Assembly: GCA_002299895.1 (NCBI GenBank)
Contig: DBOC01000008.1
Span: 112,090-176,089 of the forward strand
DNA from: Sphingomonadales bacterium UBA656
GTDB taxonomy: Bacteria > Pseudomonadota > Alphaproteobacteria > Sphingomonadales > Sphingomonadaceae
Reading direction: 5' to 3'
DNA: 64,000 bases
The notes under the pieces were generated by a model. That model was not told the DNA's origin, searched no databases, and saw nothing but the letters and a program-made list of their open reading frames with translations. The first letter of the stretch is position 1, and every line of letters starts with the position of its first letter. This document shows, one piece after another, positions 9,003 to 20,764 of the stretch. Made by a program: the position numbers and the translations under genes.

Positions 9003-9955
9003 GCCGTTAATCCATTGTTTTTTGATGTGATTTCATTTTTTTCGGTGCTGTCTTTGTTTTCCACTTTAACAGGCTCTGCCGGTTGCACTTTAACAGCTTC
9101 TGCCTTTGGTGCTTTGCGGAAATAAGCGCGATTGGGATCGCGCAGGTCAAAATGAATAAGATCGCGGCCCAGCAAACGGTGGACACCGTCCAAACGTGCA
9201 AAGTTCAGCAATGCTTTAGCAGCTTCAGCCTCACCTTCTGGTAAAGCCAGCGTTTCGCCGGTCTGAAACTGCAAGTCCCAGCGTCGATTACCTATCCAGC
9301 TCGCGCCGGAAACTTGCGATTTCAACGCCGAAGCTTTGTCGAGCAATGCGTTCAACGCGATGATATGGGTATTGGCGTCATTGCCGTTCAAGATCGGCAA
9401 ATCACCGCCCTCGCCTGCGCGAACATGGGCAAGAACGATCCCGTTCGCGTCGATCAACGAGTATTTCCCACCCCGTTGCCATATCGCGGCCGGCTCGCGT
9501 TCGATTATCTCAACCGCCAAGGTATCGGGCAAGCGCCGTGCAACGCGGGCGTCCTTAATCCACCCATATTTCAGCAAATCCGCCCGCACCTTGTCGATAT
9601 CCACCAAGGGCATCGCGCGATCTTTTTCGGCAAGCACCAATTGATAGACTTTCAACTGGTCCACCCGCTCCATGCCGGTGACCTCGACACGCTGCACCTG
9701 AAAGCCTGCCTTGGCAGCAAGCGCGGCATATTGTTGATAGGCGGCTGCGGTAAGTCCGGCATATTGTGCAGCGGCAAAGGCCAGCAGCGTGATAGCCGCC
9801 AATATGATCCAGCTTATAACGCGCTGCACATCCTGTTCGGAAAAAGGCAGCATATGCATCAATCGATCAACCCAGGAGGCTTGCAGTATCTTTTGCCCGG
9901 AACTTGGGCTTTTCGCCTTGCGTTTTGCAGGCGCTTTGCGGGCGACACCAGCCAT
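8999..9955 (-). CDS. ftsQ: Cell division protein FtsQ/DivIB
   Basis: Single TM, POTRA domain (VEVTGM...WIKDARVARRLPDTL), RRWDL, DLRDP; lies between ddl and ftsA. Confidence 0.95.
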   Translation of the reverse strand: MAGVARKAPAKRKAKSPSSGQKILQASWVDRLMHMLPFSEQDVQRVISWIILAAITLLAFAAAQYAGLTAAAYQQYAALAAKAGFQVQRVEVTGMERVDQLKVYQLVLAEKDRAMPLVDIDKVRADLLKYGWIKDARVARRLPDTLAVEIIEREPAAIWQRGGKYSLIDANGIVLAHVRAGEGGDLPILNGNDANTHIIALNALLDKASALKSQVSGASWIGNRRWDLQFQTGETLALPEGEAEAAKALLNFARLDGVHRLLGRDLIHFDLRDPNRAYFRKAPKAEAVKVQPAEPVKVENKDSTEKNEITSKNNGLTA

Positions 9956-10896
9956 TATGCCACCGCCCCTTTATCCATCAGCGCCTCTTTGACGATGATG
10001 TCGACAAGCTGTTCATAGCTGATCCCGACATGACGTGCTTGTTCGGGTACAAGGCTGAGCGGGGTCATGCCCGGCTGTGTATTGGTTTCGAGAACGAAAA
10101 CGCCGTCCATGCCCGCTTCATCATCCCAGCGGAAATCGGTGCGCGAGGCGCCTTTGCAGCCGAGCAATTGGTGCGCACGCAGCGCGGTTTCCAGCATATA
10201 TTGGGCAATATCATCGGGGATATCCGCAGGACAAATATGTTCGGTCAACCCGTCGGTATATTTCGCATCAAAATCATAAAAGCCGCTTTTCGGCTTTAAC
10301 TCGGTCACGCACAAAGCCTTATCGCCCAATACCGCCACGGTCAGTTCACGGCCTTTGATGAAGGGTTCGGCGAGCAGCCGATCAAATTCCTGCCACGGCC
10401 CCTTGGCATCGCGCGCAATCGGGTTGCCGTAATTGCTGTCTTCGGTGACGATGGCCACACCAACCGAGCTGCCTTCGTTCACAGGTTTTAGGACATATGG
10501 GCGCGGCAGTGGGTCAGCCACGAATAGGCTTTCGCTGTCGACCATGGTGCCTTTTGGCATCGGAATTCCGGCGGGCACGAGGCATTGCTTCGTCAGTTCC
10601 TTATCAATGGCGATAACCGACGTCACCATGCCGCTATGCGTGTACGGAATGTCCATCAAATCCAGCATACCCTGCACCGAGCCATCTTCACCGGGAACAC
10701 CGTGTAAGGCATTAAACACTACGTCAGGGCGAAGGGCGGCGAGCACTTGTGCTACATTGCGGTCCATATCGACGCGGCTGACCTGATAACCGACCTTTTC
10801 AAGCGCATCGGCCACGCCATTGCCGCTCATTAAGGACACAGGGCGTTCGTTCGACCATCCGCCCATCAATACCGCAACGTGAATTTGCTTACTCAT
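9955..10896 (-). CDS. ddl: D-alanine--D-alanine ligase
   Basis: LMGGWSNERPVSLMSG, ALHGVPGEDG, KPVNEGSSVG, ETNTQPGMTPLSLVP. Confidence 0.98.
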   Translation of the reverse strand: MSKQIHVAVLMGGWSNERPVSLMSGNGVADALEKVGYQVSRVDMDRNVAQVLAALRPDVVFNALHGVPGEDGSVQGMLDLMDIPYTHSGMVTSVIAIDKELTKQCLVPAGIPMPKGTMVDSESLFVADPLPRPYVLKPVNEGSSVGVAIVTEDSNYGNPIARDAKGPWQEFDRLLAEPFIKGRELTVAVLGDKALCVTELKPKSGFYDFDAKYTDGLTEHICPADIPDDIAQYMLETALRAHQLLGCKGASRTDFRWDDEAGMDGVFVLETNTQPGMTPLSLVPEQARHVGISYEQLVDIIVKEALMDKGAVA

Positions 10897-11789
10897 TTCG
10901 TTTCACCCACGCGCTGTATTTCCCATATCAGGTCGACGCCCGAATGCGCCATGACGCGGGCGCGGACTTCTTCGCCCAGCGCCTCGATATCCGCGCTGGT
11001 TGCGTCGTCTGTATTAATCAAAAAATTGGTGTGCTTTTCGGACACCTGCGCACCGCCAATTTGAAGACCGCGGCATCCCGCCGCGTCGACCAATTGCCAC
11101 GCTTTATGGCCATCCGGATTCTTAAAGGTTGAGCCGCCGGTTTTGGAACGCAGTGGCTGCGATGCTTCGCGCGATGCGCTGATCCGGTCCATCTCAGCCT
11201 GTATCGCTTCAGGTTCGCCCGGACGCCCTTGGAAACGCGCCGCCACGACAATAGCACCATCGGGCAATTCGGAATGACGATAGGAATAATGCAAATCTTC
11301 GACCGACAAGGTCACGAGTGATCCGTCGCGCAGCACGACATCACAATCGCGCAATATGTCCTTTACCTCACCGCCATAAGCGCCGCCATTCATGCGCACA
11401 AATCCACCGACGGTGCCCGGGATTGAGCGCAAAAATTCTAAGCCAGCTATGCCCTTGTCCCGCGCGGTCGAGGACACCAATATGCCTGACGCCCCTCCGC
11501 CACAGGCCAGCGTCACTGGATCAATGCACGCAACCTTCGCAAAGGCCTTACCCAGCCGAACCACGACACCCCTTACGCCGCCGTCGCGAATAATCAGGTT
11601 TGAGCCGAGGCCCAGCGCCATAACCGGCGTAGCAGGGTCAAGTTGGCGCAAAAAGGATTGCAGGTCGGCGACATCCTTTGGTTCAAACAATATGTCTGCG
11701 CTGCCGCCCGATTTGAACCACACCAATGGTGCCAATGGCGCATCTTGCGTCAAACGCCCTTCTACGTGCGGCACGGGTTGCATGGTCAT
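10893..11789 (-). CDS. murB: UDP-N-acetylmuramate dehydrogenase
   Basis: [46 protein letters not shown]. Confidence 0.98.
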   Translation of the reverse strand: MTMQPVPHVEGRLTQDAPLAPLVWFKSGGSADILFEPKDVADLQSFLRQLDPATPVMALGLGSNLIIRDGGVRGVVVRLGKAFAKVACIDPVTLACGGGASGILVSSTARDKGIAGLEFLRSIPGTVGGFVRMNGGAYGGEVKDILRDCDVVLRDGSLVTLSVEDLHYSYRHSELPDGAIVVAARFQGRPGEPEAIQAEMDRISASREASQPLRSKTGGSTFKNPDGHKAWQLVDAAGCRGLQIGGAQVSEKHTNFLINTDDATSADIEALGEEVRARVMAHSGVDLIWEIQRVGETK

Positions 11790-13204
11790 GCACGCGCTGC
11801 CTTTATCGCGTCAGCCAAGCCAGCGGCCCATTTGGTGATATCGCCAGCGCCCAAGCAGACAATGATGTCATTGCCTTGCACCACCTCGGCCAATGTGCGC
11901 GCCAAATCACCTGCATCGGCGACCGTCGCGGCGGAACGATGTCCCCGCGCCTTAATGCCATGCACCAATGCCGCAGCATCTATGCCATCAATCGGCCCCT
12001 CGCCCGCGGCATATACCGGAGAGATGAACACCATGTCGGCATCGTTAAAGGCTTGCTGAAAATCATCCATATGGTCGCGCAACCGCGTGAAACGGTGCGG
12101 CTGCGCCACGGCAATCACCCGACCCTGTGCGCCTTCACGGGCAGCAGACAGCACCGCACGGATTTCAACGGGATGGTGGCCATAATCGTCGATGATCGTA
12201 ACGACGCCATCGCTGCGATCTACTTCGCCGACTTTGGTAAACCGCCGTTTGACGCCGCCGAATTTGTCAAAGCCATGCTCAATCGCCGCATCGCTCATCC
12301 CCATTTCAAGGCCAACCGCGACAGCGGCCAGCGCATTTTGGACATTATGGCGGCCTGGCATGGGAAGCCGAATATTTTGTATCGTCCGCAGCGAGCCGTC
12401 GCGGGCGCGGACAACTACATCGAAGCTGTTACCACCGGGATGCGGGGTAACATTTTCGCCGCGAATATCGGCCTGCGCCGAAAAGCCATAAGTGATGATC
12501 CGACGGTCGCGGATCTTCGGCAAAATCGCCTGCACTTCGGGATGGTCGAGGCACATAATCGCCGCGCCATAAAAAGGCACGTTTTCGACGAATTCGACAA
12601 AGGCGTTTTTGATCGCATCGAAATCGCCATAATGGTCGAGATGCTCAGGATCGATATTGGTGACAACGGCCAGCGTGCCATCAAGCCGCAGGAAGCTACC
12701 GTCGCTTTCATCTGCCTCAACCACCATCCAGTCGCTGGCCCCAAGGCGCGCGTTCGAGCCGTAGCTATTGATGATGCCGCCGTTGATGACAGTCGGATCA
12801 ATGCCGCCATGGTCCAGCATCGCGGCAATCAGCGATGTTGTTGTCGTCTTGCCATGCGTGCCAGCCACCGCGACCGTGTGCTTCAACCGCATTAATTCGG
12901 CGAGCATTTCGGCACGGCGTACCAAGGGTATGCGGCGTTCCAAAGCAGCGTCGCGTTCTGGATTACCAGCCTTTACCGCAGTTGATGTTACCACAACCGC
13001 CGCATCGCCCAGATTGTCGGCACTATGACCAATCATTACCTTGATGCCGCGCTGGCGCAGCCCATCAATGACATAGCTATCGGCGATGTCGCTGCCCTGC
13101 ACTTGGTAACCCAAATTGTGCATGACCTCCGCAATGCCCGACATGCCGATGCCGCCAATGCCAACGAAATGCACAATACCGATATCCGTTGGAACACCTC
13201 TCAT
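11786..13204 (-). CDS. murC: UDP-N-acetylmuramate--L-alanine ligase
   Basis: [43 protein letters not shown]. Confidence 0.98.
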   Translation of the reverse strand: MRGVPTDIGIVHFVGIGGIGMSGIAEVMHNLGYQVQGSDIADSYVIDGLRQRGIKVMIGHSADNLGDAAVVVTSTAVKAGNPERDAALERRIPLVRRAEMLAELMRLKHTVAVAGTHGKTTTTSLIAAMLDHGGIDPTVINGGIINSYGSNARLGASDWMVVEADESDGSFLRLDGTLAVVTNIDPEHLDHYGDFDAIKNAFVEFVENVPFYGAAIMCLDHPEVQAILPKIRDRRIITYGFSAQADIRGENVTPHPGGNSFDVVVRARDGSLRTIQNIRLPMPGRHNVQNALAAVAVGLEMGMSDAAIEHGFDKFGGVKRRFTKVGEVDRSDGVVTIIDDYGHHPVEIRAVLSAAREGAQGRVIAVAQPHRFTRLRDHMDDFQQAFNDADMVFISPVYAAGEGPIDGIDAAALVHGIKARGHRSAATVADAGDLARTLAEVVQGNDIIVCLGAGDITKWAAGLADAIKAARA

Positions 13205-14382
13205 GCTGCATTCTCTTTGGCTAGTGCGGGGGATGGGCTGAAACCGCTGCTGGATTGGGCTTGTGATTTGATGCCATGCATGATGGGGGCGCGGCCAAAG
13301 GATTCTACCAAATCGGCTAGATCGGCGACGGCATTGGGCCGACCACAGCTTTTGGCGGCCTTGGCAGCATTTTCCATCGCTCCAGGCTCAAACGCTATCA
13401 TCTGGATCTGCTTGGCTAGCTCCAATGCCGTGAACTCTGGCTGCGCAATGGCGCGTGCCCCGCCCGCTTCGACCATTTCTTTAACATTGTAGCTTTGATG
13501 ATCGTCGGTCGCGCTGGGCAGCGGGACCAATATCGCTGGCCGCCCTGCGCATGTTAATTCGGCAATGGTCGATGCCCCTGCCCGCGATATCACCATATGT
13601 GCCCAACCAAGCCGCTGCGGCAAGTCTGGCAAATAAGTTGCCAACTCTGCTGGAACATCATGGGCAGCATAAGCCGCGCGCACGGCATCAATATCTTCTG
13701 CGCGGCATTGCTGTGTTACTTGCAAACGCCGCCGTAAACTCATTGGCAAATTCGATAGCCCGTCAGGCACAACATTGGAAAGCACCGTTGCGCCTTGGCT
13801 TCCGCCCGTAACCAGCACGCGAAAGATGCCTTCGGTCGATAAAGCTGGATAAGGCTGCTCCCGCAATTCAAGCACCTCTTCGCGGACCGGGTTACCGACC
13901 AGATGCACTTTGCTGGCATAGCGTGGCGAGAGGCGCAGCACGTCAGGATAGGAGGTTGCGATAGCGTTCACTTGCCGCGCCGTGAAGCGATTGACGCGGC
14001 CAAGCACCGCATTTTGTTCATGAATGATCGTCGGTATTTTTTCGGCAAAAGCACCGAGCAATGCTGGAAACGCGGGATACCCGCCAAAGCCCACAACGGC
14101 GCTGGGTGCAAAATCTTCGTATAAGCGGCGTGCCATAGCCCGGCCATCGGCGATTGCCTTTAAACCGGGAAGCCAGCTCGACAGATTTTTGGTAATGCGG
14201 CCAGCGGGCAGCTTATGTGTCGCCATCTTATCAGGACAGCCCGGAATTTTGGCACCGCGCTCGTCGGTAATCAGCGCCACATGATGACCCCGATTGATCA
14301 ATTCCTGTCCCAGCGCAAAGGCAGGAATCAAATGCCCGCCAGTACCGCCAGCGGCCAACACATAATGACGAGAAATGGTCAT
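13201..14382 (-). CDS. murG: Undecaprenyldiphospho-muramoylpentapeptide GlcNAc transferase
   Basis: [42 protein letters not shown]. Confidence 0.98.
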   Translation of the reverse strand: MTISRHYVLAAGGTGGHLIPAFALGQELINRGHHVALITDERGAKIPGCPDKMATHKLPAGRITKNLSSWLPGLKAIADGRAMARRLYEDFAPSAVVGFGGYPAFPALLGAFAEKIPTIIHEQNAVLGRVNRFTARQVNAIATSYPDVLRLSPRYASKVHLVGNPVREEVLELREQPYPALSTEGIFRVLVTGGSQGATVLSNVVPDGLSNLPMSLRRRLQVTQQCRAEDIDAVRAAYAAHDVPAELATYLPDLPQRLGWAHMVISRAGASTIAELTCAGRPAILVPLPSATDDHQSYNVKEMVEAGGARAIAQPEFTALELAKQIQMIAFEPGAMENAAKAAKSCGRPNAVADLADLVESFGRAPIMHGIKSQAQSSSGFSPSPALAKENAA

Positions 14383-15599
14383 GGCCTATTTCCCTTCACC
14401 ATATACTGCGACCGGTCAAGATATGGGTTTCGCTTCGTTAACGCGAGTATCAGGCCGCAAGTAATTGAAAGCGCCAAGGTCGACGATCCGCCATAGCTTA
14501 TAAATGGCAACGTCATGCCCTTGGATGGGAAAACACCCAAATTCACGGCGATGTTAATCATCGCCTGACCGCAAAATTGCGCGCCCAGTGCCGTTACCGC
14601 CATCACCACAAATTGGTCTTTCTCATCCAATAGGCGAACGATGATACGGACCAAAATCGCAAAATATAATATGGCTATCGCCATACAGGCCAAAAGGCCA
14701 AATTCTTCACCGATGACCGAGAAGATATAATCGGTATGCCCCTCGGGCAGCGAATATTTCTTTATGCCAAGCCCAGGGCCAAGGCCGATAAAGCCACCGT
14801 TAGTTAAGGTCGCCATCGCCATCTTGTCATGTGTCAGCCCCTCCGTGCCGAAAATCCAAGCGTCTATCCGCTGCGTTGCAACGGGGTAGAAATTATAGGC
14901 GAGTAGGATGAACACTATGCCACTGATCACAAGGAACCAAAGGCGGCTTGCAGGCACGCCAGCCACCATCATCAGGGCGAACCATGTGCCCATGAACAAG
15001 ATTGTTTGCCCAAGGTCCGGTTGTCGCAACAAGAAAAAACAGACAACCCCTGTGGTGATTATGGTGAGGCGGAGAACGGGCAAGCTTGGGTCTTTCAGCC
15101 GCCAGCTAATAATCCACGCTATCATGACCGCGAAAAAGGGTTTCAAAAACTCAGACGGCTGAAGCCCCGCAAAGCCAGGGCCAATCCATCTTTGCGACCC
15201 GTTCACCTCGCGCCCAAATACAGGCACTAATGCAAGAAGAACAAAAAAGACGCAAAAGCCGTAAACCGCAAAGCGTCGTGCCTGGTCGCGCGGAGACATG
15301 GACACCAGAAGCATGACAGGGACACCAATAAGGACCCACATCAATTGCCGATAAAAGAAATAGAGCGAAGAAAGCTCGGTCGTAGACGAAGACAGACGCT
15401 GCGCACCCGCCGGCGACGCCGCGGCCACCGCAAGCAGACCAATGGCGATCAGCACCATCATCAAAGACAGCAACACGCGGTCGAGTTCCCAGAACCAAAC
15501 GCCCAATGGCGAACGGTCGCCACGGCCCAAGCGATTGGCAAAGCCGATCTTGCCGGTTTTAGCCGCAAGGACCCAAGGTGCTTCTTTGCTATCGCTCAT
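14379..15599 (-). CDS. ftsW: SEDS peptidoglycan polymerase FtsW
   Basis: NGSQRWI, QPSEFLK, QPDLG, LPEGHTDYIFSVIGEEFG, KGMTLPFISYGGSS. Confidence 0.97.
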   Translation of the reverse strand: MSDSKEAPWVLAAKTGKIGFANRLGRGDRSPLGVWFWELDRVLLSLMMVLIAIGLLAVAAASPAGAQRLSSSTTELSSLYFFYRQLMWVLIGVPVMLLVSMSPRDQARRFAVYGFCVFFVLLALVPVFGREVNGSQRWIGPGFAGLQPSEFLKPFFAVMIAWIISWRLKDPSLPVLRLTIITTGVVCFFLLRQPDLGQTILFMGTWFALMMVAGVPASRLWFLVISGIVFILLAYNFYPVATQRIDAWIFGTEGLTHDKMAMATLTNGGFIGLGPGLGIKKYSLPEGHTDYIFSVIGEEFGLLACMAIAILYFAILVRIIVRLLDEKDQFVVMAVTALGAQFCGQAMINIAVNLGVFPSKGMTLPFISYGGSSTLALSITCGLILALTKRNPYLDRSQYMVKGNRP

Positions 15600-16885
15600 A
15601 ATGCTTCCACAATCGCACGAAACGCATCGCCGCGGGCTTCGAAGTCTTTGAACTGATCAAAGGACGCACAAGCGGGCGAAAGCATGATAACGTCGCCTGG
15701 TTGCGCTTGAGCCGCAGCCGAATGCACCGCTGCACCCATCATTTCGCTGCGTTCCACAGGCATGTGCGGCGATAACATTTCATAGAACAACGGACCAGCC
15801 TCGCCAATAGTGTATGCTTTAACAACATGACCAAAATTAGGAACGCATTCGTCCAGATTATCGGTCTTTGGCAAGCCGCCAACGATCCAATGGACGCGCG
15901 GATAAGCGGCCAAGGCGGGCGCGGTGGACGCCGCATTCGTTGCCTTGCTGTCGTTCACAAATAATACGCCATTACGCTCGGCCACAACTTCCATACGGTG
16001 CGCCAGTCCTTTGAAGCTGCGCATCGCTGGCCGCCATTGTGCCTCCGTCAGCCCTAAGGATTCGACGATGGCAATCGCCACCGCAATATTCTGCAAATTA
16101 TGCGGCCCTTGAAGCGAGGGCCATTCGGCTTGGCCGTTTACCAATTGCGGATCGGCGAGATGCACCCATTGTGCGCCGCGCCGCGCAAGCACGTCGTTAT
16201 AAACCCGTTCGGTATCGGCGTCGCCTTTGCCAAACACTGCAAACTCTTTGCCCGTTTGCATTTCAAACAGCCGCGCTTTCGACGCCATATAGCCTTCATA
16301 GCCGTCATAGCGATCGAGATGATCAGGCGAGAGGTTGATGAGCGCAGCGGCATCGCAGGCAAGGCTGTGCGTGATATCAATCTGGTAACTTGAAAGCTCA
16401 AGCACATAGATACCGTCTGCAGGCAGTGGCTCTTGCGACAATATCGGCAGGCCAATATTGCCCCCCATGCGGACAGGGATTGCTGCACTTTCCAGCAAAT
16501 GATGCACCAAGGCTGTGGTCGTGGATTTACCATTTGTTCCGGTAATACCTACAACACGATGCGATGGCAGGTTCGGCCGCGCCATGGCGAACAATTCGAT
16601 ATCACCAATTAAAGGGATGCCCGCTGCCTTTGCCTTATCGGCAATAGGGTGGCGATTTATGGGTACGCCGGGTGACACGACAATGGCCGTATAGCCGGTC
16701 AAATCAGTCAGTAACGGATCGGCAATCGTGGCAATATCGGCCACCTTAATGCGCGCACCTTCATCATTGTCCCATGCCAATACTTCTGCCCCGCCGGCGA
16801 CAAGCGCGCGCACAGCCGATAGGCCCGAGCGCGCCAGTCCCAAAACTGCGAACTTCCGGTCTTTAAAGGCAGGGGTAGTGATCAT
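15596..16885 (-). CDS. murD: UDP-MurNAc-L-Ala--D-glutamate ligase
   Basis: [55 protein letters not shown]. Confidence 0.98.
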   Translation of the reverse strand: MITTPAFKDRKFAVLGLARSGLSAVRALVAGGAEVLAWDNDEGARIKVADIATIADPLLTDLTGYTAIVVSPGVPINRHPIADKAKAAGIPLIGDIELFAMARPNLPSHRVVGITGTNGKSTTTALVHHLLESAAIPVRMGGNIGLPILSQEPLPADGIYVLELSSYQIDITHSLACDAAALINLSPDHLDRYDGYEGYMASKARLFEMQTGKEFAVFGKGDADTERVYNDVLARRGAQWVHLADPQLVNGQAEWPSLQGPHNLQNIAVAIAIVESLGLTEAQWRPAMRSFKGLAHRMEVVAERNGVLFVNDSKATNAASTAPALAAYPRVHWIVGGLPKTDNLDECVPNFGHVVKAYTIGEAGPLFYEMLSPHMPVERSEMMGAAVHSAAAQAQPGDVIMLSPACASFDQFKDFEARGDAFRAIVEAL

Positions 16886-17952
16886 CTGAGTTTGAGGGTT
16901 GATAGCCCCGCAAGCGCCAATACGAAAGCCACAATCCAGAAGCGGATGACAACGGTCGGTTCGGACCAGCCGAGCTGCTCAAAATGGTGGTGAATTGGTG
17001 CCATGCGAAAGATGCGCTTGCCTGTGCGCTTGAACCAAAACACCTGAATGATAACCGATAACGCCTCAACCACGAAAAGCCCGCCAATGATGGCGAGAAC
17101 AAACTCATGATGCGCCACAACCGCAATCGCGCCGAGTGTCCCGCCCAAGGCCAAGCTGCCCGTGTCGCCCATGAACACCGCCGCAGGTGGCGCGTTGAAC
17201 CACAAAAAGGCAAGGCCAGCGCCGACAATCGCGCCGCACAACATGGCGAGATCACCTGCACCCAAAAAGAATGGGATGCCCAGATATTCGGCATATTTGG
17301 CATTACCGACCATGTAGACGATCAACATAAATGCAATCGACGCAATGATCACGGGCATGGTCGCAAGGCCATCAAGGCCGTCGGTTAGGTTCACAGCATT
17401 GCCAAAGGACACAATCACGAACGCGCCAAAAGGCACATACCACCAGCCCAAATCGACGACAGGTCCATTGACGAAGGGCAGATATAAATTGCCACCCGAT
17501 TGCCAGACGATCAGCGATACTGCGACGCCAGCAATGGCAAATTCCCATAACAACCGGACTTTGCCGGACACGCCTTTGTGGCTGCGCTTTTTGACTTTGT
17601 CATAATCGTCGAGGAATCCAACGATGCCAAAACCAGCGGTCACCAATAAACAGGCCCAAACATACACGTTTTTCAGGTCCATCCACAAAAGCATTGAAAT
17701 GCCGACCGACACCAAGATCATTAAACCGCCCATCGTAGGCGTACCGACCTTCGCAAGGTGGGTTTGCGGTCCATCGCTGCGGATGGGTTGGCCCTTGCCC
17801 TGACGCACACGCAGCATGCTGATAAAGCGCGGCCCAATCAACAGGCCGATAATCAATGCGGTGGCCACGGCCCCGCCGGAGCGGAAGCTTAAATAACGGA
17901 TGAGGTTAAAAATACCCGGAAAACCAAGATATTCGGCCAAAAGATATAGCAT
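16882..17952 (-). CDS. mraY: Phospho-N-acetylmuramoyl-pentapeptide transferase
   Basis: [43 protein letters not shown]. Confidence 0.99.
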   Translation of the reverse strand: MLYLLAEYLGFPGIFNLIRYLSFRSGGAVATALIIGLLIGPRFISMLRVRQGKGQPIRSDGPQTHLAKVGTPTMGGLMILVSVGISMLLWMDLKNVYVWACLLVTAGFGIVGFLDDYDKVKKRSHKGVSGKVRLLWEFAIAGVAVSLIVWQSGGNLYLPFVNGPVVDLGWWYVPFGAFVIVSFGNAVNLTDGLDGLATMPVIIASIAFMLIVYMVGNAKYAEYLGIPFFLGAGDLAMLCGAIVGAGLAFLWFNAPPAAVFMGDTGSLALGGTLGAIAVVAHHEFVLAIIGGLFVVEALSVIIQVFWFKRTGKRIFRMAPIHHHFEQLGWSEPTVVIRFWIVAFVLALAGLSTLKLR

Positions 17953-19340
17953 CAGTTTTTCCCATCCGTCAGCGCGTTGACGATTGCGGAAAGTCCCATA
18001 CTATTGGAACCTTTGACCAAAACCGTGTCTGATGCGCAAAGATATTCTTGCAAGACGGCGAGTGCCTCCTGCGCGGTCGCGCAATGCGCGAATTTCTTGG
18101 GCCCCTCAACCCCTGCTTTCAACTCTTCGGCGAGTATTTCCATCTCTTGACCGACGAGGATTGCAAAATCGACCTTTGCGGCGGCCAAGGGTGCTGCAAG
18201 CGCGCTGTGATAATGATTGGCCTTATCACCCAATTCTTTCATCGCGCCCAAAACCGCAATGCGCCGTCCGCCGCTCGAAAGTCCCAGCTGGCCGATCGTT
18301 GCGGCCATGGACGCAGGGTTAGCATTGTAGCTTTCGTCGATCACATGGACACTGCCTCCGGCGACAGCCACATCATGCCGAGCGCCGCGTCCGGATAAGC
18401 CGCCCATTTCGGCTAGAGCCAGACCCGCGGACGCCAAATCACCACCAGCGGCCAGCACGGCGGCCAATACGGCCATGCTGTTGGCAATCCAATGCTGACC
18501 AGGTTGTGACAAATTGAAGGTCAGCATCGCCTCGCGCACTTTTGCAGTAATCCGCGTGTCATTATTGGTCATACTGAGATGGTCGATAACACAGACATCG
18601 GCGTAAGGGCTGAAGCCAAAGGACATTATGGAACCAGAATATTTCTCTGCCGCCGCGCGCAAACGTGGGTAATGCACATTGTCCGCGGGCAATATGGCTG
18701 TGCCGCCTTGGACCAAACCTTCGAATATCTCTGCCTTTGCATCGGCAATGCCGCTTTCATCCTTGAAAAATTCGATATGCGCAGGGGCAATGGTCGTGAT
18801 GATGGCGATATCGGGCCGAACAATATGGCTTAACGCGCGCATTTCGCCGGTATGGTTCATACCCATTTCGAATATGCCAAAGTCGCAATCTGCGGGCATG
18901 CGCGCCAGACTTAAGGGCACGCCGACATGGTTGTTGTAGCTTTTCACCGAACGATGCGCCCGCCCACGTGAACTACGGTCGAGCGCGGCGAACAAAGCTT
19001 CCTTCGTACCGGTCTTTCCTGCGGAGCCTGTTACACCGATAATCTTTGCTTTGGTGCGCGCGCGCGATGCGTGGCCCAATGCCTCCAACGCCTGCATTGT
19101 ATCGGCAACCAGAATATGCGGGTGCGCCACCGGCTGCGACACAATCGCGCCCGCTGCGCCATTGGCAAATGCCTTGTCGACGAACAAATGCCCGTCGGTT
19201 TCCGCACCTTTCAACGCCAAAAACAGATCGCCCTTACCGATTTCACGCGAGTCAAAGGCAACACCCGTAACATCAAAATGCCCATACGCTGCCCCGCCTG
19301 TCGCGGCCAGCAACTCTTCAAAGGTCCATAACGGGGTCAT
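17952..19340 (-). CDS. murF: UDP-MurNAc-tripeptide--D-Ala-D-Ala ligase
   Basis: [48 protein letters not shown]. Start placed at the ATGA overlap with murE. Confidence 0.97.
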   Translation of the reverse strand: MTPLWTFEELLAATGGAAYGHFDVTGVAFDSREIGKGDLFLALKGAETDGHLFVDKAFANGAAGAIVSQPVAHPHILVADTMQALEALGHASRARTKAKIIGVTGSAGKTGTKEALFAALDRSSRGRAHRSVKSYNNHVGVPLSLARMPADCDFGIFEMGMNHTGEMRALSHIVRPDIAIITTIAPAHIEFFKDESGIADAKAEIFEGLVQGGTAILPADNVHYPRLRAAAEKYSGSIMSFGFSPYADVCVIDHLSMTNNDTRITAKVREAMLTFNLSQPGQHWIANSMAVLAAVLAAGGDLASAGLALAEMGGLSGRGARHDVAVAGGSVHVIDESYNANPASMAATIGQLGLSSGGRRIAVLGAMKELGDKANHYHSALAAPLAAAKVDFAILVGQEMEILAEELKAGVEGPKKFAHCATAQEALAVLQEYLCASDTVLVKGSNSMGLSAIVNALTDGKN

Positions 19341-20764
19341 GCTGCGCATTCCCGTGCAACTTCGACATCGTCAAAGGGCAGAACACGGCCCATGATGATT
19401 TGCCCTTGTTCATGCCCCTTGCCGGCGATCAGGACGATGTCGTCCGGCTCGGCATGTTCAATGGCAAAGGCAATTGCGTAACGCCGGTCACCAATTTCAT
19501 GTGCACCTTTCGCACCGGCCATAACGTCGGCGCGGATAAGCGAAGGGTCTTCGCTCCTTGGGTTGTCGTCGGTGACGATCACAATGTCAGAATCCGCCAC
19601 CGCAACCGCGCCCATTTCGGGACGCTTACCAGTGTCGCGGTCACCGCCCGCGCCAAATACAGTGATAAGCTTGCCCTTGGTATGCGGGCGCAAGGCCGCA
19701 ATCGCCGCGCGCAAGCCGTCCGGCGTGTGCGCGTAATCGACATAGACAGGGGCACCGCTTTTGGTGATCACAGCGCGTTCCAAACGTCCGCGCACAGGCT
19801 GTAACCGCGCCAGATGCCCCAGCAGCGTTTCAACCTCTCCACCGCTTGCCATAACCACGCCCGCTGCGACCAATGCGTTCGCGGCCTGATACGCGCCGAT
19901 TAACGGGAGCTTTACTTTGTGCACATCGCCTTGAATGCGTAATTCGAGCGTCTGCCCAAGCTGGGTCGGCTCACGCGACAATAATTGGATGCCCTTGCCC
20001 TTTTCGCCAACGGTAATCAGGCGAAGGTCCCGTTTGCGCGCGCGGGCAATCACTTGGTCGGACCAGACATCGTCCGCCCAGATAACGGCGCAGCCATTTT
20101 CGTCGACAACGTCGTCAAACAGCCGCATCTTGGCTTCAAAATAGGCTTCCATCGTTCCGTGATAATCGAGATGGTCGCGGCTCAAATTGGTAAAGGCCGC
20201 TACTGAAACCGGAACGCCTTCGCTGCGATATTGGGTCAGGCCATGGCTTGATGCCTCAAAAATTGCATGGCTAACGCCTTCGCGTGCCAGACCTGACATA
20301 TTCGCAAGGAACGTAACGATGTCTGGCGTGGTCAGTCCAGTCTTGGCCTGGTCCGACGCCGTAATGATCCCAAGCGTGCCAATCGACGCCGCATTATGAC
20401 CCGCCATCCGCCAAAGCTGCCGCGTGAGTTCTGCGGTCGATGTCTTACCATTGGTACCGGTAACAGCCGCAACATGATCTGGAAATGGCTGGAAAAACGT
20501 CGCGGCAAGATGTGCAAAGGCTTGGCGCGGATTGGCTTCGGCAATATGCATTGCGCCGCGCACCACCGCTTCGGGCCGCGCGACCACCGCCACAGCGCCT
20601 GCGGCAATCGCATCGTCGATAAAATCTTCACCGTTAAATGTCGCGCCTTCAAAAGCGCCAAAAACCGTGCCGGGCGCAATCTTCCGATGGTCGATCGCAA
20701 AGCCGGTCACTGTAATGTCTGCAAATGCCATATCGGCACCGCTTACCAATCGCCCGAGCTTCAC
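19337..20764 (-). CDS. murE: UDP-MurNAc-dipeptide--diaminopimelate ligase
   Basis: VTGTNGKT, EASSHGL, TNLSRDHLDYH, DYAHTPD, GAGGDRD, DNPR (meso-DAP specificity). GTG start overlaps the ftsI TAG. Confidence 0.97.
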   Translation of the reverse strand: MKLGRLVSGADMAFADITVTGFAIDHRKIAPGTVFGAFEGATFNGEDFIDDAIAAGAVAVVARPEAVVRGAMHIAEANPRQAFAHLAATFFQPFPDHVAAVTGTNGKTSTAELTRQLWRMAGHNAASIGTLGIITASDQAKTGLTTPDIVTFLANMSGLAREGVSHAIFEASSHGLTQYRSEGVPVSVAAFTNLSRDHLDYHGTMEAYFEAKMRLFDDVVDENGCAVIWADDVWSDQVIARARKRDLRLITVGEKGKGIQLLSREPTQLGQTLELRIQGDVHKVKLPLIGAYQAANALVAAGVVMASGGEVETLLGHLARLQPVRGRLERAVITKSGAPVYVDYAHTPDGLRAAIAALRPHTKGKLITVFGAGGDRDTGKRPEMGAVAVADSDIVIVTDDNPRSEDPSLIRADVMAGAKGAHEIGDRRYAIAFAIEHAEPDDIVLIAGKGHEQGQIIMGRVLPFDDVEVARECAA